NCBI RefSeq assembly: GCF_006345805.1
Contig: NC_043024.1
Span: 14,260,001-14,324,000 of the forward strand
DNA length: 64,000 bases
Source: Octopus sinensis
Taxonomy: Eukaryota
Direction: 5' to 3'
The number at the start of each line of letters is the position of its first letter. The stretch's first letter is position 1. Positions 62,634 to 64,000 of the stretch are shown here, piece after piece. The notes below the pieces were generated by a model. The model ran no database searches and was not told the origin of the DNA. It saw only the letters and a program-made list of their open reading frames with translations. The translations under genes were made by a program, and so were the position numbers.

Positions 62634-64000
62634 GTTGGTTTTTAATTCAATTGTTTTCTTACGTTAATTTGCATTGATTTACAGTTATTAACAACTAGCA
62701 GTATCGCCCAGCGTTGCTCGGGTTTGTTTTGACCCTTTAGAATTGGAATCTTTGAAAAGTAAAAATTTTGCATTATGTAGCTTGTTATTCTCTTAAAGTG
62801 AACATTTTTCTGGTTGAAATACACTGAAAAATAGCAACACAGCAGTCAAAGAATCGTAAGAAATAGGGATTTTCATAGAAAAAAAGCACCTTTTTGATAT
62901 AAATAATTTTTGGTGTTAACATGGTCCGATTTGAATTTTATCTTCTATGGAATAAAGAGCAAGCCTTCTTCTATCATACTCCCAATTTTGGTCAACTTGC
63001 GTCACAGGTTCTCAGAGGAGATAGTGTTAGTTGAAGGCTCCCAAACCTGCCACACACAGACAACTTCAGCTTTATATAGATTATCAGTAAACATTTAAGT
63101 TATTTTACAATGAAATACCTTATATGTATACTTTATGTACTACAGGTGTGGTTAAAGTTATATCACTAAAACATATTGCTTCTCAACTTCATGATTCCAT
63201 GTTTTATTCCACTGTCTATCACAGAAGCTTTCAGCATCTTCATTTAACATCCATTTTCCATGCTGGCATGGGTTGGACAGTTTGACTGAAAACTTTTAAA
63301 CTGGGAAGCTGCACCAGGTTCCAATCTGATTTGGCATGGTTTCTACGGCTGGGTGCCCTTCCTAATGCCAACCACTCCAAAAGTGTAGTGGCTTTTTACA
63401 TGCCACCAGCACAGGTTCCAGTTATGCAACATTGGCATTGGCCATGACTATGATCTCACTTCGCTTGACAGGCCTTCTCATACATGGTATATTGCCAAGG
63501 GTTTGATCGCTAGTCCCTGCCTCCATGAGGCCCAACCTCAACCCATATCTTTCTGGGGCTACGTCTTCCACAGGTTCTTTCTACCATTAGAGTTTGGTAC
63601 TACTTCACACAGCTGTCCTTATCCATACACATCGCGTGACCACACCAGCACAGTCTTCTCTTTTGCACACCACATCTGATGCTTCTTATGGAAGCACTCC
63701 GTCGGTTACGACGATGAGGGTTCCGGTTGATCCGAATCAACGGAACAGCCTGCTCGTGAAATTAACGTGTAAGTGGCTGAGCACTCCACAGACACGTGCA
63801 CCCTTAACGTAGTTCTCGGGGATATTCAGCGTGACACAGAGAGTGACAAGGCTGGCCCCTTGAAATACAGGTACAACAGAAACAGGAAGTAAGAGTGAGA
63901 GAAAGTTGTGGTGAAAGAGTACAGCAGGGATCACCACCATCCCCTGCCAGAGCCTCATGGAGCTTTTAGGTGTTTTCGCTCAATAAGCACTCACAACGCC

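Overview
Eukaryotic, AT-rich, repeat-saturated genomic DNA. The retroposon content resembles coleoid cephalopod (Octopus-like) DNA; this is inference from recalled repeat sequences. Eleven small exons of one + strand gene (20359-62633) splice with consistent phases and GT-AG ends into about 520 stop-free codons. The order is EMI-like, EGF, TB-like, VWD, C8, TIL and the start of a VWC/E-like module, i.e. the N-terminal part of a SCO-spondin/hemocytin/VWF-mucin-type protein. The first exon(s) and the 3' part were not found. Most of the remaining sequence is tRNA-derived SINEs (about 30 copies of one family plus 4 other families), CR1-like and RTE LINE fragments, mariner, pogo-like and piggyBac-like MITEs, Helitron-like elements, foldback elements and microsatellites. 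Most interesting: several different non-coding elements carry hammerhead ribozyme (HHR) cores with palindromic stem III and occur as inverted pairs. They include a canonical HHR at 44988-45063, a tRNA-headed element with an HHR-type tail at three loci, and U3:A8 core variants. Decayed Penelope RT and GIY-YIG fragments are also present. Repeat boundaries are approximate (read by eye) and no ribozyme activity is demonstrated.
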